From positions 1 to 34,325 of the forward strand of contig JBLWVX010000030.1 in the NCBI GenBank assembly GCA_048268245.1: 34,325 bases of DNA, given 5' to 3'. The translations under genes were made by a program, and so were the position numbers. Position 1 is the first letter of the stretch. Every line of letters begins with the position of its first letter. The notes beneath the pieces were generated by a model, which searched no databases, was not told the origin of the DNA, and saw only the letters and a program-made list of their open reading frames with translations. Positions 26,988 to 34,325 of the stretch are shown here, piece after piece. The DNA is from Arcobacteraceae bacterium. GTDB taxonomy: Bacteria; Campylobacterota; Campylobacteria; Campylobacterales; Arcobacteraceae.

Positions 26988-27664
26988 AATATATGGAACT
27001 ATTAGATAAAGAATATGGAATATACTTATTAGATTTAGACAACTATGAATTTCCCTCTCTTAGTATGATGAAAGATGATTTAGTTGCTGTTGGTGGAGAT
27101 TTTCATCCACGAAGACTTATAAATGCATACTCAAATGGTCTTTTTCCTTGGTTTATAGATGAGTATAATCATATACATTGGTATAGTCCTAATAAAAGAA
27201 TGATACTTTATCCAAATGAAATGAAAGTATCAAAAAGCCTAAAGAAATCTATAAAAAACAAAGGTTTTGTAATAAAAACCAATGAAAACTTTGAAGAAGT
27301 TATGAAAAACTGTGCAAAAGTTAAAAGAAAGCATGAAGATGAAACTTGGATAAATGATGATTTTATTCAAGCTTATACAAACTTATATAAATTAGGTTAT
27401 GCCTACTCTATAGAGACTTATTTAGACAATGAGTTAGTTGGTGGGTTATATGGGGTTTTAATAGATGATGTATTTTGTGGAGAGAGTATGTTTGCAAAAG
27501 TAAGCGATGCTTCAAAAGTTGCATTTTATCATTTATGTAAGCAAGCCCAAGAAAATGACATAAGACTAATAGACTGCCAAGTGTACAATGACCACTTAGC
27601 AAGCCTTGGAGCTTATGAAATACCAAGAGAAGAGTATTTCAAGCTTTTATATAAAGAGGATTAA
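26981..27664 (+). CDS. aat: Leucyl/phenylalanyl-tRNA--protein transferase
   Basis: LVAVGGD, AYSNGLFPW, TWI, LVGGLYG, FCGESMF, DASKVA, IDCQV..HL.SLGA. The start may be ATG 26993. Confidence 0.95.
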   Translation: MLEYMELLDKEYGIYLLDLDNYEFPSLSMMKDDLVAVGGDFHPRRLINAYSNGLFPWFIDEYNHIHWYSPNKRMILYPNEMKVSKSLKKSIKNKGFVIKTNENFEEVMKNCAKVKRKHEDETWINDDFIQAYTNLYKLGYAYSIETYLDNELVGGLYGVLIDDVFCGESMFAKVSDASKVAFYHLCKQAQENDIRLIDCQVYNDHLASLGAYEIPREEYFKLLYKED

Positions 27665-27791
27665 ACCTCTTTTATACATCTTTAAAACTATCTCTTATTT
27701 TATAAAATTCATCTAAATTATCGAAGAAAAGATCCACAAGTTTTGAAACAAAAGGTAATGTAAAAAGCTGTATACTTCTTAAGTTTTTTAT

Positions 27792-30161
27792 TTATAATTC
27801 TATAATATTTTCAAACATCTCTTTTATCTCTATTTCATGGGAAATTAAAAAGATTTGTCTATATTGTTCTTTTATAGTGTGGAAAGCTTCTAGTATTTCT
27901 ATTCTTCTATTTTCATCTTGACTTCCAAACACCTCATCAAAGGCTAAGAATCCTATTGAGTTATTTCCACTAAGCTCAGTTAAAGTCTTTGAAATAGCTA
28001 TTCTTAAAACCAAGTTCGCTAAATCAACTTCACCCCCACTAAACCTCTCAATAGGATACTTTTTCCCTTCATCATAAATATAAAAATCAAAATCATTTGA
28101 TACTTCTATATGCTGATACTTTCCTTTTGTAATTTGAGAATACATAGTTGAAGCAATATCAGAAATTCTAGGAGCTACTTTTGCATTTAGTTTTGTTTTA
28201 AAACTTGCTAGACTTATTTTGATTTTGTCATAATCTTTTAAATCATCTTGTTTAGTTCCTAATTTTTCCAACTGCTTATCATTGTTAGATAGAGCTTGAT
28301 TTATATTTTTTATCTGTCCTTGCATAGTGGCTACTTGAACTTTTATATCATTTAGTTCATTTAAGATTTCATCTTTTGTTTTTAGTATTTGCTCATACTC
28401 TTTTTTCTTCTCTTCATGCTGTTTTGTATCATAGGCTACACTTTTATACTCTAACTCTTTTTCATTGTATTCAAACTCATATTTCTTTATATTTTCATTT
28501 GTCTTATCTAAATCTTCTTTTACGCTATCAACTCTTTTAAGCATAGCCTCTAAACTTAGTGCATTCTCATATTTTTGCTTTAAATGCTTTTGTTTTTCAA
28601 GTAGTTCTTCATGCTCTTGTAATACATAGTTTATATTTTCTAGTTTCTCTAACTGTACTTTATTTTTTAAGCCCTGCTCTTTTACTTTCTCAAAATGCTC
28701 TTTTTCACTTAATAAATCTCTTTTTTGATTTTCCATAAGATTTATATTTTTAGAAAGCTCTAAATTCTCTTCACTTAAACTTTTATACGTTTCATCAAGC
28801 TTTTTTAATTCAACTTCTAGTAACTCTTTTTGCTCTTTTAAAGTATCAATTTTCTCTTTTTCAGTTTTATTTACTATTAGCTCTAGTGAGTTTAAAACTA
28901 AATCATACTCTTCAAGTAAAGGTCTTGTACATGTAGGACAAGCAGAGTCTTTTCCTAGTAACTGAATATTTTCAATTTTTTTGTTTATATCTTCTATTAG
29001 CTTTTGCTCACCTGCTATTTGTGAACTTAGTTTATTTATATCTAATTGGCTTTTCTTTATATTTTGAGCTAACTGATCTAAAGTCTCTTTCATGCTTTTT
29101 TGCTTTTCAACTGCTTTTGTATAAGCTGATGTTTCAAACTCTAACCTTGAGATAGTATCCCTTGACTTTTTATAATGTTCTCTTAGGTTCTCTTGCTCTT
29201 GTAGTAAAGACTGTTTTTTAATATCTGCTTGCTTTAACTCTTCTTGTTTTTTAATAGCCTCATGTAGTTGTGTATACTCTTGTTTTACAGTCTCTAAGCC
29301 TTTTAACTCTTTTTGTTTTAAATCTAAACTTTCTAACTCTTGCTTTAACTTGTCACTATTTTGAAGATGTGAGTTTATAGTAGATTTTAAAAGCTCACAT
29401 TTTGAAAATAAATCTTGCTTCTTATCTTTTGTTTGTTGTAACAAATCTAAAGCTTTTTTACTATCTAGACTTTTTAAAGTAGTTTCATCAAGATGTTTAG
29501 TTTTTGTATCTTGCTTTTGTTTTAACTCTTTTTCTAAAAGCTCATACTCTTCTTTTTGTTTTTTCTTTTGCTCTATTTCATCTTGTGGCATCAAAAACTC
29601 AGCAAAAGCAGTTATTTCTCTTTTTAACTCTCTACTTTTTTCAATCAGTTCTTTTTCAATAAAATCTATTTTCTCTAAACCTAAAAGCTTTCTAATCATC
29701 TTTTTTCTATCTTCATTTTTTAGACTACTTAAACTTGTAAGCTCTTTTTGTGAAGCAAATAGTGTATGTAAAAAAGCATCTTTACTCATCTTGATTAGAT
29801 TTACAATAGAAGTTGTAACTTCTTTTGCTCCTGTGGTTACAAGCTCATCAGCTTTAAAAAACTTAGCATTAGCACTTAGAGTCTTTCCTCTAAACTCTCT
29901 TCTTACACTATAATCCACACCCTCATACTCAAACTCTAACTCTACAACAACTGGGTCTTTTGAAGTTGCATTTGCGTTTCGTACTACTTCTTTATAACCC
30001 TTTGTTTTAAGCTCCCCATATAAAGCAAAAAAGATAGCTTCAAAAATAGTTGATTTCCCACTACCATTTTTTCCAATGATTCCAACTAAACCTTGGTTAA
30101 ACTCTAAGGTAAACTGTTCATATCTTTTAAAATTTTCTAATTTTAGTTTAGTTAATATCAT
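27792..30161 (-). CDS. sbcC: SbcC/Rad50-like SMC ATPase
   Basis: Walker A GKNGSGKS, long coiled coils, CPTC zinc hook, FSGGE signature, FLAFDE Walker B, ISH. Confidence 0.92.
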   Translation of the reverse strand: MILTKLKLENFKRYEQFTLEFNQGLVGIIGKNGSGKSTIFEAIFFALYGELKTKGYKEVVRNANATSKDPVVVELEFEYEGVDYSVRREFRGKTLSANAKFFKADELVTTGAKEVTTSIVNLIKMSKDAFLHTLFASQKELTSLSSLKNEDRKKMIRKLLGLEKIDFIEKELIEKSRELKREITAFAEFLMPQDEIEQKKKQKEEYELLEKELKQKQDTKTKHLDETTLKSLDSKKALDLLQQTKDKKQDLFSKCELLKSTINSHLQNSDKLKQELESLDLKQKELKGLETVKQEYTQLHEAIKKQEELKQADIKKQSLLQEQENLREHYKKSRDTISRLEFETSAYTKAVEKQKSMKETLDQLAQNIKKSQLDINKLSSQIAGEQKLIEDINKKIENIQLLGKDSACPTCTRPLLEEYDLVLNSLELIVNKTEKEKIDTLKEQKELLEVELKKLDETYKSLSEENLELSKNINLMENQKRDLLSEKEHFEKVKEQGLKNKVQLEKLENINYVLQEHEELLEKQKHLKQKYENALSLEAMLKRVDSVKEDLDKTNENIKKYEFEYNEKELEYKSVAYDTKQHEEKKKEYEQILKTKDEILNELNDIKVQVATMQGQIKNINQALSNNDKQLEKLGTKQDDLKDYDKIKISLASFKTKLNAKVAPRISDIASTMYSQITKGKYQHIEVSNDFDFYIYDEGKKYPIERFSGGEVDLANLVLRIAISKTLTELSGNNSIGFLAFDEVFGSQDENRRIEILEAFHTIKEQYRQIFLISHEIEIKEMFENIIEL

Positions 30162-31272
30162 CACTTACCTCTTCTTCATACTTAGAAAATAACTCTTTTA
30201 CTTTTAGTTTAAGTCTATCACCCTCAATCTCATCTAAACTATCTTCTTTGATATGCTCTATAAAAAAGTCTTCAAGACTTATAGCTTCTATCTCTTCTAA
30301 ATCTTGGGTGTTGGTATCTTTTTTAAACTCTCTTTTTATAGTGACACTCATAGCTTCACTAAATAGCTCTTTTATTTGCTTGTTTGATATATCTATTGAT
30401 TGCATTGCACTTAAGTCTTTTAGAACTACTTCTACAATAGCATCTTTTATATCGCTTGTATCAAGACTTTCTATACTTTGCTCATAGTTTATACAATCAA
30501 TCTGCTTTGATATAATAGGTCTTATATTTATCTCTTTATACTCTACTTCAAGCTTATCTTCTAAAGTTACTACTACAAAACCTTTTGAGTTTCTTTTGTC
30601 ATTTAGACTAGTTCTCTCAGTACTTCCACTATAGTATACATTTTCATGTTTTCTCACATTTCCAAAACCATGCCAATGTCCAAGGGCTACATAATCCATC
30701 TTTTCAAAGATATACTCTTTTGAAGTAGGATATACCCACTCTCCAAACTCTTGCATAAGATACCAAGCTCCAACACTACAGTGTAACATCATGATATTTT
30801 TTCTATTTTCATCTATGTTTTGCTCACATAGTTCTATTTGCTTTTCGGCTATCGTTTCATCATTCATATGTGGCAAGGTATGAAATACTATATCATCAAA
30901 CTCTATTTTTTTATACTTTTGATTATATGAAACATAAATATTTTTATAGTTTTCAAATATCTTTAAAATAGGACTGCTTAAATTTGTTCTAGGTGTTGAG
31001 TGATTTCCTGCTATTAAAACAAAAGGTATATCTAAAGAGCTTATTTCTCTTATCTTCTCCAATGCAAAAGTAATAGCTCTATTACTAGGACTTGCTCTGT
31101 GAAATAAATCTCCTGTATGGATTATATAATCAGGTTTTATTTCTTTTATTTGCTCTACTACTTGGGTAAAGGCATCGTAAAAATCTGCTTCCCTTTGGTT
31201 TACATTGTTTTGGTCTAATATATCTAAGTCATTGTAACCTAAGTGAGTATCTGAGAAATGAACTATCTTCAA
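30148..31272 (-). CDS. sbcD: SbcD/Mre11-like DNA repair nuclease
   Basis: HFSDTHLG, GDLFH, AGNHS, YVALGHWH, YSGSTE; overlaps sbcC. Confidence 0.92.
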   Translation of the reverse strand: MKIVHFSDTHLGYNDLDILDQNNVNQREADFYDAFTQVVEQIKEIKPDYIIHTGDLFHRASPSNRAITFALEKIREISSLDIPFVLIAGNHSTPRTNLSSPILKIFENYKNIYVSYNQKYKKIEFDDIVFHTLPHMNDETIAEKQIELCEQNIDENRKNIMMLHCSVGAWYLMQEFGEWVYPTSKEYIFEKMDYVALGHWHGFGNVRKHENVYYSGSTERTSLNDKRNSKGFVVVTLEDKLEVEYKEINIRPIISKQIDCINYEQSIESLDTSDIKDAIVEVVLKDLSAMQSIDISNKQIKELFSEAMSVTIKREFKKDTNTQDLEEIEAISLEDFFIEHIKEDSLDEIEGDRLKLKVKELFSKYEEEVSDDIN

Positions 31273-31306
31273 AGCTTCGCCTTTTTTTGATTTGTAAAAT
31301 TATATC

Positions 31307-32545
31307 TTAGATATATAAATACACAGTAAAAGCAAATAATAAAATATTTAGAAAATAAAAAGCCCTTTTATTAAAAATAGCGTAAAAAGAAAAGAACATA
31401 AATAGTACTAAAAACCAAAGGCTTGTTACTTTATCAAAGGGTTTAAACTCATAAGATAAAAACATCAATATATACTCATCTAAAAAGCCACCAAAAGAAA
31501 AAATATGAGCAAAAAATTCTAAAGGATAAAATAAAGTAAAAGCCATAGTAACAAAAGGTGAAAGTAACTGTTCATAAGTAGTCAAAGGAAAGAAATAATG
31601 ACCTAAAGGATTCATAGCTAAATAAATCCAAAAGTTAAAAAGAACTAAATGTAAAAACTTATTTTTTATGTCTTTAAAATACTGTATATACAAAAAGATA
31701 TAAAAAACTCCAAAAATAGAAAACCATAAAGAAAGAGAAAATATATATTTTGGAAAAAGTGCAAGAACAAATGCTAAAACTATAAATAAAGTAGCAAAAG
31801 AAAAAAGCTTTATATTACACCTTAGAAGATAAATACCTAAAGCCATCATCACAAATGCCCTTGTCAAAGAAGCCACAAAACCTGTAAAGATGAGGTAAAC
31901 AAAAAGTAAACTAAGAGTAATAAGTAAAATATCAAACTTTTTATTTCTATAGGGGAAATATCTTAAATGAAAAAAAGCATAAGGATAATAAACAACACCA
32001 TAGATTATAAAACTTAGAACTGCAAGATGAAAACCACTTAATGCGATGAGATGACTAATACCATAGTTAGTACAAACTTCTCTTAACTCTTTTGAAATTG
32101 GTTTTGCAAAAAACAAAGCAGAAAATAGCTCATCTATCATTTCGTTATGATGTTGTGAAGCACTATAGTTTACAAGGCTTGAAGAAAAACTCTTTTGTTT
32201 TTCTAACTTATCAAAATATACACTCTTTACATAAAAACCTTTTAGATAGTCAATAAAAGTAATATTTGTAGTAATAAATCCTAAATTTAAAATATCATAT
32301 TTCAAAACTTGTGTATTTTTGTCAAAATTTGTAAAAATTGTAAAATTTGCATTTTTCAATTTTAGTACATTATATTTTTCTTTTTTGTAGATATTTTGAA
32401 CTTCAAATTTTGCTTCATAAATCTCTTCATCAATTAGCTCTTGGTATTTTGAATACTCTATTGACAAATTTATAAAAAAAACTAATAGTACAAAAGTTGT
32501 CAATACTATATAATTATAGTATTTAATATTTGTTTTTATAATCAT
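31307..32545 (-). CDS. comEC: ComEC/Rec2 competence membrane protein (short form)
   Basis: GISHLIALSGFH, SLTRAFVM, SLSLWFS. Confidence 0.9.
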   Translation of the reverse strand: MIIKTNIKYYNYIVLTTFVLLVFFINLSIEYSKYQELIDEEIYEAKFEVQNIYKKEKYNVLKLKNANFTIFTNFDKNTQVLKYDILNLGFITTNITFIDYLKGFYVKSVYFDKLEKQKSFSSSLVNYSASQHHNEMIDELFSALFFAKPISKELREVCTNYGISHLIALSGFHLAVLSFIIYGVVYYPYAFFHLRYFPYRNKKFDILLITLSLLFVYLIFTGFVASLTRAFVMMALGIYLLRCNIKLFSFATLFIVLAFVLALFPKYIFSLSLWFSIFGVFYIFLYIQYFKDIKNKFLHLVLFNFWIYLAMNPLGHYFFPLTTYEQLLSPFVTMAFTLFYPLEFFAHIFSFGGFLDEYILMFLSYEFKPFDKVTSLWFLVLFMFFSFYAIFNKRAFYFLNILLFAFTVYLYI

Positions 32546-32623
32546 AAATATTATTATACAAAAACAAACTTATATGTTATAATCTTAATCCTAGCTTTAA
32601 CAAAACACAAAAAAGGAGCCCAT

Positions 32624-33433
32624 ATGAGTGAAAAACTAGTTTTAGGTCCTTTATTATCACTAGAAAATGATAATAAATATGTTGTGTGTTTTTTAAGTAA
32701 AACAACCCAAGAATACTCTGTTTTTTTTGATGAAAAACAAGTAGAAGCCAAGAGGCTTGGAAATCTAAAGTTTGGCTATTTGTATAGAGCTGAACTTACA
32801 ATACCTTTAAGTAAAGAAGCCAAAAACATAACTTACATCATTAAAACAAAAGATGGTTTAGTAAGTGATAACCATGAAAGAAAATGTTGGTCTTTTTATA
32901 TACCATCATCAAATAAAAAAGCAAGATTTGGGATTGAGTCTTATGAAAACTTCTTAAATGAAAATCTACTAGAAGAAAAAGAAATACCATACTCTATGCT
33001 GATTTTAAATGAGTTCAATCTAATAGATGATGAGGTTCTATCTCAAATAAAAGAAATAAAAAACTGGTCAAAAGATAATCTTGATGATTTTTTTGAGAAA
33101 CTATATATAGAGAAACTTGGTGATGAAAAAATGTCTTTAGCCCTAGCTAGTATCCCAACTATGATAATGTGGCATAAAACAGAAGAAAATAAACTTGATG
33201 ATAAAATCCTTCATGAATCAACTAAAAAATATTATGAAATATTTCAACTGCGAACACTAAAAAACAATACCCTACTTACAAAAGATAGAAGTCACTTCTC
33301 TTTTGCTTTAGAGTTTGGAGGAAATGAAATACTAGCCCTTGATAGTAAAAATGATGAGAAATCTAAACTACTAAACAACTACTTAGAAAATAAAAAAGAT
33401 CATTCAAACTTGATGATTATTTATAATAACTAA
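32624..33433 (+). CDS. Degenerate PhoD-like (alkaline phosphatase D fold) protein
   Basis: LVLGPLL N-terminus, LALASIPTMIMW, YYEIFQL, ILALD; metal ligands appear absent; AAGGAG RBS. Confidence 0.55.
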   Translation: MSEKLVLGPLLSLENDNKYVVCFLSKTTQEYSVFFDEKQVEAKRLGNLKFGYLYRAELTIPLSKEAKNITYIIKTKDGLVSDNHERKCWSFYIPSSNKKARFGIESYENFLNENLLEEKEIPYSMLILNEFNLIDDEVLSQIKEIKNWSKDNLDDFFEKLYIEKLGDEKMSLALASIPTMIMWHKTEENKLDDKILHESTKKYYEIFQLRTLKNNTLLTKDRSHFSFALEFGGNEILALDSKNDEKSKLLNNYLENKKDHSNLMIIYNN

Positions 33434-33462
33434 AAAAAGGGAAGATATTTCTTCTCTTTTTT
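33432..33462 (+). terminator. Intrinsic terminator
   Basis: AAAAAAGGGAAGA-tatt-TCTTCTCTTTTTT directly after the stop. Confidence 0.75.
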
Positions 33463-33521
33463 ATATTCTACTAAACTTTCGAATGATGATATAATACATA
33501 ATTTATTTTAAAGATTATATT

Positions 33522-34016
33522 TTGCAAGTAAATTTTGATAATAATAAAAATATTTCATATGATTCAGCAGGAAGAGAAATAGTTGAAGAAAAAAACTCTA
33601 CAAACTCAGCTTTTGCAAATGACCTAGATGAAGCTCAAAAATCAAATGAACAAAATAGTAAAAATGAAGAAAAAGAGAAAGAATTAACAACAAAAGAAAA
33701 ACAAGAAGTTACAGATAAACTTGTAGAAGATATCATGTCTTTATTTAAAACAGGTCTTACAGTTGAAGAGTTAGAAATGATTCAAAAACTTCTTGATGAA
33801 ATCAAAAAGAAAATCTCAGAAGAAAAATTACCTCTAAATTCAAATGATATTAAAGAAATTGACTCTTTACTTACTAAACTTGAACTTATGATAATGCAAC
33901 TTCAAAAAAGAGCAAAGGGTGAAGCTGTAATAGATATGGAAGATTCTCCTACAAATGATATTTCAAAAGAGAATAAATCAAGTAGTAATAAAAGTATATC
34001 TTTAGCAGTAAGTTAA
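33522..34016 (+). CDS. Hypothetical charged helical protein
   Basis: 164-aa ORF with TTG start, upstream TATAAT, host-like codon usage. Confidence 0.7.
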   Translation: MQVNFDNNKNISYDSAGREIVEEKNSTNSAFANDLDEAQKSNEQNSKNEEKEKELTTKEKQEVTDKLVEDIMSLFKTGLTVEELEMIQKLLDEIKKKISEEKLPLNSNDIKEIDSLLTKLELMIMQLQKRAKGEAVIDMEDSPTNDISKENKSSSNKSISLAVS

Positions 34017-34038
34017 AAAATATATTTATTCTATTTTT

Positions 34039-34325
34039 GGTAGTGTAAAAATAACTGTGTAAATTCAAAAAAGACAATTTATTAGATAGAATAAAAAACA
34101 ACTATCTAGTAAATTTATTTAAAGGATTTACATTATGGGAATATTAAATAAAGAAGAACTGCGAAAACAAATAAGAGAAGGTAAAGAAGTATCATTAGAT
34201 GGTATTTTAGATGAATTTAAAGGTTTACTAAAAGAAGCTTTACAAACTGCTACACAAGAAGAACTCACTTCACATCTAGGTTATGATAAGAATCAAGAAT
34301 CTCAAAATCCGAATTATAGGAATGG
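34039..34325 (+). mobile_element. IS256-family insertion sequence, left end (truncated by the window)
   Basis: GGTAGTGTAAAAATAACTGTGTAAA resembles IS256-family terminal repeats and is followed by a transposase N-terminus. Confidence 0.85.
34135..34325 (+). CDS. IS256-family transposase (partial)
   Basis: MGILNKEELRKQ...EELTSHLGYDK...NYRNG; AAGGA RBS; absent from the ORF track because it runs off the edge. Confidence 0.9.
   Translation, partial: MGILNKEELRKQIREGKEVSLDGILDEFKGLLKEALQTATQEELTSHLGYDKNQESQNPNYRN

Noticed and set aside
27792..31272. SMC-based defence system (Wadjet/Lamassu)
   Set aside because: Zinc hook plus Mre11-type partner fit ordinary SbcCD; no kleisin, JetD or effector genes adjacent.
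4978..32751. Short ORFs antisense to confident genes (4978, 7020, 7514, 9137, 12301, 14050, 14966, 16298, 16747, 19318, 21574, 27408, 30248, 32554)
   Set aside because: All lie largely opposite better-supported CDSs and show Ser/Phe/Leu-rich shadow composition with no motifs.
1..34325. CRISPR array, tRNA/rRNA genes, integron cassettes or prophage
   Set aside because: No regularly spaced repeats, structural RNA signatures, attC-like series or phage genes seen.

Overview
AT-rich chromosomal segment whose gene content points to a Campylobacterota genome, most likely Arcobacteraceae (inference from gene content: UPF0323 lipoprotein + GSP synthase, tatBC-queA, djlA-nadE-DegT-lpxK, short ComEC). 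The left end (1-3.8 kb) is a decaying accessory region. It holds a YobI-type P-loop NTPase broken by an in-frame TGA, an intact ccdA/ccdB-like toxin-antitoxin pair, and two divergent pseudogenes (AEC transporter and AraC/GyrI regulator) fused head-to-head by a deletion. Next comes a five-gene minus-strand operon (DUF2249/TusA-like, His-containing membrane protein, SufT/DUF59, HPP, FmdE-like) behind a perfect TTGAT-N4-ATCAA box at the -41.5 position. The middle is mostly housekeeping genes. The right half has glycerate kinase, a Cache-GGDEF protein with a DGEEF motif, a K+ channel-dGTPase gene pair, aat, sbcDC, comEC, a degenerate PhoD-like protein and the left end of an IS256-family element. 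The most striking unannotated element is a self-contained ~180-nt transcription unit at 24279-24490: near-consensus sigma70 promoter, strong SD, a 7-codon ORF, hairpins and an intrinsic terminator. All product calls come from motif recognition by eye; no database searches were run.
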